Source: Folioceros fuciformis
Lineage: Eukaryota
Assembly (NCBI GenBank): GCA_049999805.1
Contig: JBNGIO010005973.1
Coordinates: 66,877-130,876, forward strand
Direction of reading: 5' to 3'
Length of the DNA stretch: 64,000 nt
The stretch's first letter is position 1. The number at the start of each line of letters is the position of its first letter. The notes beneath the pieces were generated by a model. The model had not been told where the DNA came from, ran no database searches, and saw only the letters and a list, made by a program, of their open reading frames with translations. Made by a program: the position numbers and the translations under genes. Below, in pieces: positions 1 to 12,616 of this stretch.

Positions 1-1896
1 CCTGGTGTCCAGGCATGTCAGTGCACAACAGACTCGAATTGTGCCTCCCATTCCCGCACGCAAGAAAGCACAACCACAAGCCCACCAAATTCAACCAATC
101 CCGACTTTGCGTGACCAGTTTCCAGCACCAGACCACAATTCTGCGATCTCCGGCTCAATGCTGATTCGAGGCACCACCAATCAGCCCCAACCGCTTCTTT
201 CTTCCTTCCTTTCTTTCTATCTTGCTTGCTTGATGACACCAGCAGTGCCAAGTAGTCCAAGATACTCCTGCAGCCTCCCACCCGATATCCAATCGTGACG
301 ACACACACAAACAGCTGCTCGTCGCCAACCAAAGCCCGTTTCTTGACCAACGCGCTCGCAACATCACCCAACCTGGTCTGCTCCTACTCTTCGAAGATTC
401 TCGTCTAAATCCAATGCTAATCTGCCGCCAACATCAGTTAGAACTAACCACAGTCCGCCCTCCACGCAAGCTACCTACTCGTTTGAATCAATCATCAAAA
501 AAGTTGATGTTTTGATACATTGGCAGTTCCATTAAATATTTTTTGCTATAAAGATCTTGCTAGTGGTGACAGCTTTTGAAAAGTGCCCTGGGCTGTCCGT
601 CTTGTGTTTTGATACATCTAGGTGCATTACTCATATTCAAATATAGTCGGCACTCCCTAAACGAGATTTTTATAAAAGGCATTTTTCTCCTTCTAACCAC
701 ATTGTCTTTGTATTGTGTTGGAAAAAAGATTAAATTTAAATCCTCTAAATAATAATTAGGAATTTTTCAAAACATACTTTCAAGTTGTTAGTTTTTTTTC
801 ATAAATATAAATCTTTATCTTCATTTTTAATCTTTATCTTCATTTTTAATTATCTTCATTAACAATATATATATATATAATAATAAACTTGAGTTATGGC
901 ATAAGTGAGACTAGGTAAATATATGCATATAGAAAAGGTGAAAATGAAATTAGAGATCCCTTATTGAACATGCAAGTTGTTCATGCCTCACGCTGCCTTA
1001 AACACCTATTCCATGAAACTAGAGTTATAGCAACCACTAGTGTTTGTTGAGATGAGTTGTGTGCCTGATTTCCAAGCGTACATGCTTAGTGAGAAAGTAT
1101 AAAGAGCTAGAAAAAATAGCCTAAAGTGAAGAGTAGTAACTAGTGGGGTGTGTATAGCCATACTCTTGTTGTACATGCTCAAGTTGAATAAAGAGCTACA
1201 TATGGAGGAGATAGATCTCCAGAGATGGACTATGAGTCATCCATGGGGACGGCAAGCTCCTTGGAGCCAGGCATGGGATGTTTTTTGCAATGAATGACAT
1301 ATAATACTATGTGAGCAGTTATTCAGAGAAAAGACACTTGAAGTTTTTGTTGTTTCCTATGGGCACACCAAGTTTCTTGTTTCTTATGTTGATCTTTTGT
1401 TTAATTCCCTTGGAAGTTTTTACTAGAGATAGCTACGATGTCTTCCAAGCATCACACTTTGACAAAAGAGCAAAAGACCTATGTGAGTACCATGTTGCCA
1501 ATTTAGGAACCAATTGGTGAGAAGGCAAGTAGCTTGTGATGTTAGTTAAAGGCCCTCGCAATCGGGCTGAGCCATATAAGCATCTTGACAACGAGGCAAG
1601 GAGAGGATGTTATATCCAAGATCTTCAAGAAAGTTAAATCATTTTGGCCCTTCAAGAGCTAATATGCAAGCAATGGAACATCATAGAGTGGCTTGCCCAT
1701 TAGTCAATAAAGCATTGCTTGCTTAGGCTAATGCAATGCAAGAATTAAGCGATATACCATTTTTTGATGATTTTCTTTGTGAAAAAGCTCATTCATTTTG
1801 TAAAAATATTGCTCTAGATGGCAAACTAGAAATAAACTTTTAGTCATGGTTGGATTCTTGAGTGGAAGAAGAGGAATGACTTAGGGTCAAGCAAGA

Positions 1897-2350
1897 GTGT
1901 GTGTGGCTCAAGGAGGAGTGTGTGTGGCTCAAGGAGGAGTGNNNNNNNNNNGGAGTGTGTGTGGCTCAAGGAGGAGTGTGTGTGGCTCAAGGAGGAGTCT
2001 GTGTGGCTCAAGGAGGAGTCTGTGTGGCTCAAGGAGGAGTCTGTGTGGCTCAAGAAGGTTTGTGTGTGGCTCAAGAAGGAGTCTATGTGGCTCTAGAAAG
2101 ATTTTGTGTGGCTCAAGGAGGAGTCTATGTGGCTTAAGGAGGATTGTGTGTGGCTCAAGAAGGAGCCTGTGCGGCTCAAGGAGGATTTTGTGTGGCTCAA
2201 GGAGGATTTTGTGTGGCTCAAGGAGGAGTCTGTGTGGCTCAAGAAGGATTCTGTGTGGCTCAAGGAGGAGTNNNNNNNNNNGGAGTCTGTGTGGCTCAAG
2301 AAGGATTCTGTGTGGCTCAAGGAGGAGTGTGTGTGGCTCAAGGAGGAGGA
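1897..2350. repeat. 21-bp minisatellite, consensus GTGTGTGGCTCAAGGAGGAGT, ~20 copies, interrupted by two 10-N gaps
   Basis: The repeat unit is directly visible and gives the periodic ORF translations (ECVWLKE / GSRRSLC). Confidence 0.95.
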
Positions 2351-3521
2351 TTAAGTGGGGATTTGGTGTGTGAGAAGTGTGAGTATTTGAAATTGAGAAG
2401 TGCTAAGGAAGATTGCTGATAGATTGAGTGAAGAAATCAGTAAGAATCGAGTAAGAATCAATGGTGGAGTGTTGCGCCAGGGTGTGGTTGGCCTCAATTT
2501 GCACCTACCACTGCGGTCTGGTTGTAGAATAATAAGGGTGTGGCTTGGTGTGCATGAGAATTAGTCTGCACAGGCCATAGCACCTTCATGGGCGTGGCTA
2601 GAAATCCCACATCCTCTAGGCACCGCGAAGTGCGTGGAGGTGGCGGAATCCACTATTACCGCGGCTGAATCCAACTGCCGTGGTTGTGGAACTCCCTACA
2701 ATGGCAGAGTTAGGGACGGTGGTGGTAAACTTAGGTATGGTGGTGGAGTACGTCGGGACAAGATCTAACAATAGAAAGTCTACAAGTCATAAAATTAGAA
2801 TAACTTAACATGAACCATTCCCTTGGGATTGAATCCTAGGACTATAATGACATAGNNNNNNNNNNNNNNNNNNNNNNNNNNNNNNNNNNNNNNNNNNNNN
2901 NNNNNNNNNNNNNNNNNNNNNNNNNNNNNNNNNNNNNNNNNNNNNNNNNNNNNNNGCCTCATTGTATCCTTTTAACACAGAATTTCACTCCACACCTAAT
3001 GACTACCACGAGCACCTAAAACATCATGGTACGGGAAGAGAAAGGGTCTACTTGCCACTGGAGTTGCTGATGTCGCCTTTTCTACCAATGTTGTTGCTTT
3101 CCTACCAATATTGTTCCTACCAATATTGTTATTCTATATATAGCATTTGCCAACATTCACTGTAGAGCAATGGAAACCCCTTGCCAAAATAACTTGTTGA
3201 CATTATGTCAATGGAATGTCCATAAAAAGATAAGTAGATCTTCGGATCACTCAAGATAGCCACCACAACAACCTTAGTGTACTGTACTATTGTTACCATG
3301 CCTATACGATATTTAACAACTACTTCAGGGTCAACACTCTTCCAAGCTAACACAACACCATTAATTGTAACAACTTTCTCCAATTGAATTATAGTTCTTG
3401 AAGAATTAAGAATAAGAAAGGGTGTCATTGCTCAACCACAATCATGAAAGTTGTATAAGTGGATATTGATGCTTCCAAAGGTGATAGTATTTGCTATATT
3501 GGCAAGTGCAACCTCTTCCAA

Positions 3522-3647
3522 AGACCCTGCTGACCAGGTGCTTGCTATTGGTGCCTCCGCTCCTCATCCCACATTGAAGGTGATAGACCCTGCTGACCAG
3601 GTGCTTGCTATTGGTCCTCCGCTTCTCATCCCACGTTGAAGGTGATA
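3522..3647. repeat. 63-bp direct tandem duplication (2 copies)
   Basis: AGACCCTGCTGACCAGGTGCTTGCTATTGG... starts at 3522 and again at 3585. Confidence 0.85.
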
Positions 3648-6403
3648 GCGATTGCTATGCTTGCATGTACTACCTCTTCCAAAGACCTTGCCGACCAAGT
3701 GCTTTCCACCAAACCGTAGAAATACTTAGTCTTGTAGCTGCAACCTGCAACCATTACCAACACTATGAAAGAACACGAACACTATGAAAGAACACGCAGG
3801 CCGAGCAATGGCTGGACGTTGGCCGGGCTGGTTTTCAGCCGTTTCAAGCAACTTCTGATATTGTTTGTGTGTTAGCTCCAGTTTTATGGCGGCTGCACTG
3901 GGAGACGCGTCTCATGATTCTGTGTGAACCAGGTACCCAAGAATCACAAACCGTCCTTCCCATGTTAGGAATCCGATGAAACAGGTCCAAACGACTCAAA
4001 CCGAGCCGCTCGCTCGGACGGTTTATGCCTTCGCTCGATGGACCAGGTTGTTGGAAGCCGTGGGTCTCCCCATCTGTAACACTCGTCGTAGAGATAGAAC
4101 GGACAAAGGTGACTGAGCACACACATGCTACCACCATCTCTTCCCGGGCATCGATCTGGCGTGCTACAGAAATCTGGACTGATTCCCATCGCGTCTCAAA
4201 GCATTCGCTGTGTTCGGTGTGGATCGTATGACTGTTAGATCTAGACCACTTCAAGACGTACAGTCTGTGTTCCATTTCTCAACGTCCCGTGCATCGTCTT
4301 CCTCCTTGACAGAATCAGAACGAACATCACCATCGATCAACATGACCTCCACGATCATCACTCTCCTTGCTCCCTGACATAGCCTGGATAACCACGTTCA
4401 GACCCTTCGTCCTTGGAACAAATCCAATTGCAACAACACCAACACACGAAGTCTGAGCAAACAAAGCTGTCACGAACTGGCATCTCAACTCGACCTCCCT
4501 TGCGCCTGACTTCCTTGAGGAGCGCCGCTTCCACCATTCTCAGACCTGGCGCCAATCTCGGTTTCTGTGCAACAAGCCCCCGACCACATTCCCGCTAACC
4601 AGAAGGTGCTCTTGGGGACAGATTCTTAAGATTTCGATTAGTTAAAGTTCCTAATTTCTAACCTGGATCATTCATTAATGACTTATAATTCAGAGCTGGA
4701 GAGAGTATGGATATGGTCGAGCCGGTATGTCCTATCTCTGGCCTCATCACTGCGTGTACAGAGAGAAATCCAATACATAATCACAAAAGTGCGATCATGA
4801 ATTAGCGGTAGAACGGTCAGTCCATTCCGTTAACCGGTTGCCGGAAGACGGGAAGCTCGTTGCGGGGAGTGGCGACTGCACCAGAACGACCGACGCTCAT
4901 GACGGGAACCGGTGGACACGTGTGCGTGGACGCAAGTGCGGGAAGAAGGTATTGCAACAATGATTGCCAGCGCCAGGAGTCGTGGAGTCGTAGCGTCGTC
5001 ACGTCCTGGCCTGACGGGGCCGGAGTCCCCGCCGGACCATGGTTGGACGACACTATGCACTGCGGTTTGAAATGCCCAGGAGTCCCAGGACGGAGAGAAA
5101 TACTTATGAGAGTGCGGATCAAGTGCGGGTGGAGTCCGTCATTGGTCATTGGCTGTCGCGCCAGTGCAGAGTACGTATGCTAGTGCATACATGTACAGTA
5201 GTCGATAATCCCAGCTGGTAACGGGTTCGCATTGCTGCATCCGGGGGCTTTGGATTCCAGGAGATCCGGAGGGGCCAAGTCCGTGTCTTCGACTAGGAGG
5301 AGCAAAAGGCTGGAGAGCGCGGACGAGCAGGTTCATGAACTGATGTGGGAATGGGAGAATCCCGGTGGGTCTGGGTCTGGGTCTGGGTCTAGGTCGGCGT
5401 TTGGTTGGTGGATTGGGGTCTGGGTACGTTCGCCACTTCTTGTTTTCGCACTCGTCTGGGCACGGGTGGCCGCTTTTGATGCTGCTGCGTCCAGGCGGTC
5501 TCTCTCTAGAAAGTGGGGATGAATGAATGTCTTGGTACTGTTTTGTATGTATGTACGAGGAGCAGGTGTGGCTGGACCCCGAGCACCTCCCCTGGCTCTC
5601 TCTCTACTCTTAAAGCCCGGTCGTGACAACCTCGGGGTCTGGACTGGATGTGACACAAAGAGTGCGCGCGTCCCTGCTGATCCTTCCAACGTGCCGGGGA
5701 GTCGTTGGCGCCAGGAGATGGGAGGGTGCGTCGTCGCCGTCTGAGAGCTGGGTGGATTAGGTGCATCTGCGGCTTGCCTGCATTGGGCGTCGCCTTTCTT
5801 GGCGCCTTTCTTGTTCTGCAGCCTCCCATTGTTGTGCGTTTGCGGCCAGATGCAGTTCTGTTCTGTTCTGTCGGGAGGGAGTGGGGTGTGATCGATCCGT
5901 TTGTCTTGTAAGGCGTTGTGGGCGGTAGCTTCGTGGGCGATAGCGTTTGCGGGCGGTAGGATTTGGTGGGTGATAATGTTTTGGGCAATAGGATTTGGTG
6001 GGTGATAAATGTTGTGGGCGATGGTTCTAGTGCCTGCTCTTGTGTTTGTGCCGGGTCGTGAGATTCATCGCATTGCTGATGGGTGGTTTGGGGCGTGCTT
6101 TTCTCGGTAGGGGAATTACTGCTGCTGGAAAGGTTTATGTAGGTTGGGTCTTGTTTCCTGTCGTGTTGCGTTCTGTCGTTGAGCCTGCTGTCTGCATTGC
6201 AACCTTCTGCTTGCCACTTGCAGCTGGCAGCTGGGAAACCAGCTGCTAGGAGGGATTCTGCTGCCAGTCTTGGGAACTGAAAGCTGTGTTACCTGCGTCT
6301 GTGCTTTGCAGTTGCACTGACGCGTCTGGAAGTGGTTTGCTTGGGCAGGTTGGGGGAGAAGCTGGTTCCAGAGAAGCACCGAGAGCGAAGGACTGAACCA
6401 AAG

Positions 6404-8886
6404 ATGGCTCCAGCAGTGGCCTTCCTCTCCGTGTGCCTCCTGCTGGCAGGCCTGGCATCCGCATTTGGAGATGCCGATGGTGCCAAGACGTACATCATCC
6501 ACATGGCCAAGGACCACAAGCCGTCCTTGTTTCTCACCCACGATCACTGGTACCTCAACACTCTGGCGTCCATCAAGGGCAACGTGCTGCGACAGCGCGA
6601 GGAGGCAGAGGAGCTGGAATCTGACCCCTTGGTCCACGTCTACGACACCGTGTTCCATGGCTTCGCAGCCAAGCTCACGGATGCCCAAGTCCAGCGGCTT
6701 CAGGAAGTCCACGGCTTCCTGGCCATGTTCCCGGACACGGTGAAGCAGCTGCACACAACCCACACCCCGGAATTCCTGCAGCTGAACGCGTCTTGGGGGC
6801 TGTGGCCGGAGGCAGACTACGGCGAGGATGTGATCATCGGAGTGCTGGACACTGGGATCTGGCCTGAGAGCCAGTCCTTCTCGGACCACAAGATGGGTCC
6901 GATCCCTGCTCGCTGGAAGGGCACCTGTGTGTCGGGCACCGACTTCGATGCCAGCATCTGCAACAGGAAACTCATCGGTGCCACTTACTACGTGCGAGGC
7001 TACGAGGCATCGAGGGGCCCTGTGAATGAGACCCTGGAGTACCGATCTCCCAGGGACAGCGAGGGTCATGGCACTCACACATCCTCGACTGCAGGTGGAA
7101 GGTATGTGTACAAGGCAAGCCTGCTGGGCTATGCTCCGGGAACTGCCAGGGGCATGGCTCCCAAGGCCAGGGTGGCCATGTACAAGGTGTGCTGGGAGAC
7201 TGGATGCTACGACTCCGATATCCTGGCTGCATTCGACCAGGCTGTGGAGGATGGGGTGGACATCATCTCTCTGTCTGTCGGCGGGGCAGTGGTGCCATAC
7301 TACCTGGACTCCATCGCCATCGGATCCTTCGGAGCTATCAAGAAGGGAGTTGTGGTGTCGTGCTCTGCAGGGAACAGTGGGCCGGGACCTCTGACTGTGG
7401 CCAACATCGCCCCCTGGGTTATCACAGTCGGAGCTAGCACTGTGGATCGTGATTTCCCTGCCTTGGCCAAGCTCGGGAATGGGGTGTCCTACAAGGGAGA
7501 ATCTCTTTCGAGTGGAGTGGCTCTGTCCAATGACGCAGAGTACGATCTGGTGTACTCTGGGGATGTTGGGTTTGGTTCGGGAAACTCGTATTCTGCCAGT
7601 CTCTGCATGGCAGGGACGCTGGACCCGGCGAAGGTGAAGGGGAAGGTGGTGTTCTGTGATCGTGGAACCAATGCCAGAGTTGAGAAGGGTTGGACCGTGA
7701 GCAATGCTGGTGGTGTAGGCTTGATTCTGGCAAACCAGGAGGTTGACGGTGAAGGTATTATCGCTGATGCTCACATCCTGCCTGCTGTTGCTCTGGGCCA
7801 CAATGCTGGTGCCCTTATCAAGAGCTACATCTCTTCCACCAAGAACCCCAAGGCCACTATCACCTCCGGTGGGACTGTGTTGGGATACTCCCCAGCCCCC
7901 GTGGTTGCATCCTTCTCTTCCCGAGGACCCAATTCCCTGACCCCTCAGATCTTGAAGCCTGATGTGACTGGGCCTGGAGTGAACATCCTTGCTGCGTGGA
8001 CTGGTGCTACAGGACCTACCGGAATCACTTCCGATCCCCGTCAGGTATGGCTCGCCCTCTTCACGCAAGCCGCTTCTTGCTGCATTGCCGTGCCGGCTCT
8101 CGCTTTTATCATGCCATCTGTTGTCCCCTTCCTGCAGTGCTGTTTTCTGATCATCTGAGGCGGTGTCCTGTGTTGCAGGTGAAGTTCAACATCATCTCTG
8201 GGACATCGATGTCATGCCCGCACATCAGTGGCCTGGCTGCCCTGATCAAAGCTGCGCATCCTGACTGGACCCCATCTGCCATCAAGTCTGCCCTCATGAC
8301 CACAGCACATGTGACCGACAACCGCAACTCTCTCATCACCGACGAGGCAACCGGAGAAGCTTCAGACCCCTTCGGCTATGGTGCCGGCCACGTGGACCCT
8401 CAGAAGGCTCTGAACCCAGGTCTGGTGTATGATCTGGAAGAGGAAGACTACGTCCACTTCCTGTGCGCCCTGAACTACTCTGCCAGGTCCCTGCAGATCG
8501 TGACACAGGACCCCACTGTGTCTTGCCCAGACACAGTCCTCACCTTGGCAGACTTCAACTACCCTTCCTTCTCGGCAGTCTTCGATGAGAGCACCACCAA
8601 AGTCCTGGAAACCAAGTTTCACAGGACGGTCACCAATGTGGGCACGGCTTCATCCACCTACGTGGTCACCACCAAGGCACCGGGAGACATCAAGCTCACA
8701 GTCAACCCCGAGAAACTCGTCTTTACCGAACTCAACGAGAAGCAGAGCTTCACGGTCACAGTTGCAGCTGAATACGAGGACCTTTCCCCGGGTCAGTCGG
8801 ACACGGTGTTCGCACACATCTCCTGGACTGACGGCACCCATGTCGTCCGTAGCCCAGTTGGGATTACCAGGCAAGAACATTTCTGA
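6404..8886 (+). CDS. Subtilisin-like serine protease (SBT1-type subtilase), 2 exons: 6404-8044, 8179-8886
   Basis: Signal peptide, I9 prodomain (TYIIHM...LHTTHTPEFL), catalytic motifs VLDTG, HGTHTSST and SGTSMSCPH, PA domain and C-terminal Fn3-like domain. A GT-AG intron at 8045-8178 joins the two ORFs in frame. Confidence 0.95.
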
Positions 8887-10753
8887 CTCTCTCTCCGCTC
8901 TTCTGAGGTATCCTTGCTTGCTGCTGCAGCGATTTCCAGGCTTGCGTAGAAAGCAAGCCTGCTCATTACCTTTAGGGTCCAGAACAGTCCACCTCGCTGA
9001 CTGGCAGGAAGACCAAAGGCTGAGCTATGCTCAGCAGCCCTGCCTTGCTCTGCCCTGGCCTGTCTCATAATCCCGTGAACATTCTTGGAGGGAAGGACGG
9101 GAAGCATTTCTCGGTGATACATGAGGTGGAGAGTAGTTCCTCTCACCTACTTGATGCTAAACTGGGAATCAACCCAAAGAAGCTGGAAGCTGGTAGATCA
9201 TTAATTCCAGGACATGGGTGTCACCGGCCTGCAGAAGGACGACTGTCCTTCGTGGTTGATTGCTGTTAGCACAGTGAGGACTGCGAAAGGTAAGAAACCT
9301 GACTCCCGATAAGGGCAGCAAACTAGAGTGCCTCGAGTTGATCCTGGGTTCTGACTTTGCCTTGGACCTACCATCAGATGTGACAGATCGACAATGCACA
9401 GTCTGAAAACACAGCTAGCTTCAGTTCCTGTCTGTCATTGGCATTTCGTGTTCTTTGCTTTCCATTTTGTGATGGTTGGTAGGTAGGTAGGCAGGTAGGT
9501 AGGTTTTGTTCAGAAAGTACAGCTTGTGTGTCTTGCCTTCGCTGATCCATCCCTCCATGTGCCTTTCTGATCCTTCACATCTTGCTTCGTGTTTGCTCTT
9601 TCTTGTTCTCCTTTTTCCTCCGTTTTTCCCCTCCTGCTGGACAGTGCTAACGTTGTCAGTGTTGATTGCTGGGTGTAGATCATGGCCTCGTAAGAGACAT
9701 TTTTCTGCTTAAACTATCAATCGAGTCTGGTCGGGTGGGGGTTCCATTCTCTTCTGCTGTGCCAGACTGGCGGCCGTCTGTTCTGCAGCAGCAGAGACTC
9801 ATCGCTGACCTGATCAGCCAGAAGCAAGGCCCTCTGTATGTAAAGCTTCGGATGGGCGTTGCTTCCCTGCTTGTCTCAAGGCTTTTTCTCTTTCCTCCTT
9901 TTTGTTTCGTCCTTTCGTATTAAGTTATCACACCTCTGCCCATCTCACATTGGGCTGTTGTATCTATTCCCTCTGCTCTAGAAGAACGGAAGGGCACATA
10001 ATCCAGGATCGTTCTTCCTTGTCAGATTCGGCTCTTGCGCTTGTGTCTGTCTGTTTTCCTGTTTATGCTCTGTTCCAATGCTTCTTCCTCCTCTTCCTCG
10101 CTGGCGTCCCGCAATTGGGTTCCCTCAACAGCCGCCTGCTGAAACGAGACCAGGCTGCTGGTTCACACGAGGTTACTACCGGTGGGACCGCATTAAGTGG
10201 CTTCATTTGTGCAGTCTTCGGATATGGATATCACCAACCCCGGGTTCGAACCCAGGCCACGCGCCGGAGCCTTCGCAAGGTCCTTCCTGAAAAAATCCTC
10301 CACCTGGTTCTGCCAGCCGGCGAAACCTGCGCATACGGGCACCCTTCTTATAGCTTCAGTTCTCTCATTTGCGTTGCGCGCGTCCTGCTTCTTCTAAGCA
10401 GCTCGATCATTTGGTTCTTTCACTGACTGATCATTCGGTTTCACTGAGTCGCCGTGACGAGACGAGCTTCCCGGGTGGTGAGATTCTACTGGGATTGTTG
10501 ACGCTGGTGCTGTTTTTGTCAGTTTCAAGCAGGTTGTTGTTGACGTGTGAGATGTGTTGGTTGTTCATCCGTGGTTTGGATGGTTTGATGATGTCTTGTG
10601 GGAGATTCTGATGCTGCGGACACGGCGGATGTATGTAAGCTCTCTGTTTGGTCGCATTCATGTTGGAGCTGGAGGCGAGGGTTCGGCTAACTGTTTTGTG
10701 TTGGATGTGTTCAGTGGAGATTTTCTCTGGAAGCTCAGTAGAGGAGCGAAGCC

Positions 10754-12238
10754 ATGGCTGTGGACGCTGCGACCCTGTCCCGTATAGGGCTGGCTGGGCT
10801 GGCCGTGATGGGGCAGAATCTGGCCCTGAATATCGCGGAGAAAGGGTTCCCGATATCTGTGTACAACCGTAGCAGCAGCAAGGTGGATGAGACTGTGGAG
10901 CGGGCGAAGCAGGAGGGAAACCTGCCTCTCCGGGGTTACTACACTCCCAAGGATTTCGTGCTGTCCATTCAAAAGCCTCGGTCTGTGATCATTCTGGTGA
11001 AGGCTGGAGCTCCGGTGGACCAGACGATCGAGACTCTGTCCGAGTTCTTGGAGCCCGGGGACTGCATTGTGGATGGTGGGAATGAGTGGTACGAGAACAC
11101 GGAACGGCGGGCCAAGCAGGTGGCAGAGAAGGGGCTGCTGTACCTGGGGATGGGGGTGTCTGGAGGTGAGGAGGGAGCCCGGAATGGCCCGTCTCTGATG
11201 CCTGGAGGCACTCCTGAGGCTTATCATTACATCGAGGATATTGTGAAGAAGGTGGCTGCCCAGGTTGACGACGGCCCGTGTGTGACATACGTTGGGAAGG
11301 GAGGATCTGGGAATTTTGTGAAGATGGTGCACAATGGGATTGAGTATGGGGACATGCAGCTCATCTCGGAAGCTTATGATGTGCTGAAGTCTGTCGGAGG
11401 GTTGACCAACGCGGAGCTGCACTCGGCCTTCAGCGAGTGGAATAAGGGAGAGTTGGAGAGTTTTTTGGTGGAGATTACTGCGGATATCTTTTCCGTGAAG
11501 GATGATAAGGGAGATGGGGAGCTGGTGGATAAGATTCTTGACAAGACGGGTATGAAGGGGACCGGGAAGTGGACTGTGCAGCAGGCTGCCGAGTTGTCCA
11601 TCGCTGCCCCGACCATTGCTGCCTCCCTGGATTCTCGGTTTCTGAGCGGGTTGAAGGAGGAGAGGGAGGCTGCCGCTGCGATCTTCAAGGAGGTTGGTGT
11701 TGGTGATATTCTGGGTTCCAAGAATGTGGACAAGACGCAGCTGGTCGACGATGTGAGGAAGGCCCTGTACGCCTCCAAGATCTGCAGCTATGCCCAAGGC
11801 ATGAACCTGATTCGTGCCAAGAGCATTGAGCAAGGGTGGGACCTGAACTTGGGCGAGCTAGCTCGTATCTGGAAGGGTGGTTGCATCATCCGTGCCATCT
11901 TCCTCGACAGGATCAAGCAGGCCTACGACCGCAACGCCAAGCTGGCATCCCTTCTGGTGGACCCTGAGTTCGCGAAGGAGATGGTGGACAGACAGGCCGC
12001 ATGGAGACGAGTGGTGAGCTTGGCCATCAGCGTTGGTGTGAGCACTCCAGGTATGAGCGCCAGTCTTGCCTACTTCGACACGTACCGCAGGGCACGGCTC
12101 CCTGCCAACCTCGTGCAGGCCCAGCGAGATTACTTCGGTGCCCACACCTATGAGCGGGTTGATGCCGAAGGTGCGTTCCACACAGAGTGGTTCAAGATTG
12201 CCAAAGGAGCCAAAGTCCCCACCGGTGCCCGTGTATAA
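10754..12238 (+). CDS. PGD: 6-phosphogluconate dehydrogenase (decarboxylating), intronless CDS
   Basis: GLAVMGQNLALN Rossmann motif, VKMVHNGIEYGDMQLI, MKGTGKWT, QAQRDYFGAHTYER. Confidence 0.97.
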   Translation: MAVDAATLSRIGLAGLAVMGQNLALNIAEKGFPISVYNRSSSKVDETVERAKQEGNLPLRGYYTPKDFVLSIQKPRSVIILVKAGAPVDQTIETLSEFLEPGDCIVDGGNEWYENTERRAKQVAEKGLLYLGMGVSGGEEGARNGPSLMPGGTPEAYHYIEDIVKKVAAQVDDGPCVTYVGKGGSGNFVKMVHNGIEYGDMQLISEAYDVLKSVGGLTNAELHSAFSEWNKGELESFLVEITADIFSVKDDKGDGELVDKILDKTGMKGTGKWTVQQAAELSIAAPTIAASLDSRFLSGLKEEREAAAAIFKEVGVGDILGSKNVDKTQLVDDVRKALYASKICSYAQGMNLIRAKSIEQGWDLNLGELARIWKGGCIIRAIFLDRIKQAYDRNAKLASLLVDPEFAKEMVDRQAAWRRVVSLAISVGVSTPGMSASLAYFDTYRRARLPANLVQAQRDYFGAHTYERVDAEGAFHTEWFKIAKGAKVPTGARV

Positions 12239-12616
12239 AAACTTGCTCTCTGGCCAGAAAGACCGAGGACAATCGTCTTGAAAGGAAAATGTTTTTCCCG
12301 TACGAGATAGTCCCATTTTTTGGTGGACTGCCCTGTTGACGATGTAGTTTGCAGGACAAACCTGTAGCAGATGCGGATGGCCTTCAGTTCCGAGCTAGGT
12401 TTGCAGCAGCATCCTCTTGCGGCAGTACGAATAAAGGTATCGGCTAGCATGCACGCAAACATGTCTTCCGCAGTATTGCGTGTACCTTTCTCAAACACTG
12501 ATGTTGCCCACAGGCCAGATCACCAAATCCCCAGATAGTCTCCACGGGAAAACACGAAATTCCTCATCCTCGTTTAAGTGTACACAAAACTGAATCCGAA
12601 ACCAGACGCAGGACCG

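Noticed and set aside
1844-2419. Repetitive ORFs in six frames
   Set aside because: Translations of the 21-bp minisatellite, not evidence of a protein.
2960-3430. Possible degenerate retrotransposon gag (CFRC-like remnant on the minus strand)
   Set aside because: Too decayed; no complete zinc knuckle, RT or LTR pair could be shown.
5610-5715. LTR-terminus-like GGTCGTGACA and PBS-like TGGCGCC
   Set aside because: No second LTR copy or internal retroelement domains in the window.
6116-8068. 650-aa minus-strand ORF, and similar long antisense ORFs at 10658-11833, 23659-24498 and 24491-25522
   Set aside because: Antisense shadows of GC3-rich real genes; no independent motifs.
8908-8917. U12-like donor GTATCCTTG just after the subtilase stop
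   Set aside because: No matching U12 branch site found downstream; probably chance.
10181-10270. tRNA/SINE-like B-box GGTTCGAACCC
   Set aside because: Could not fold a cloverleaf or find a convincing A-box, tail or target-site duplication.
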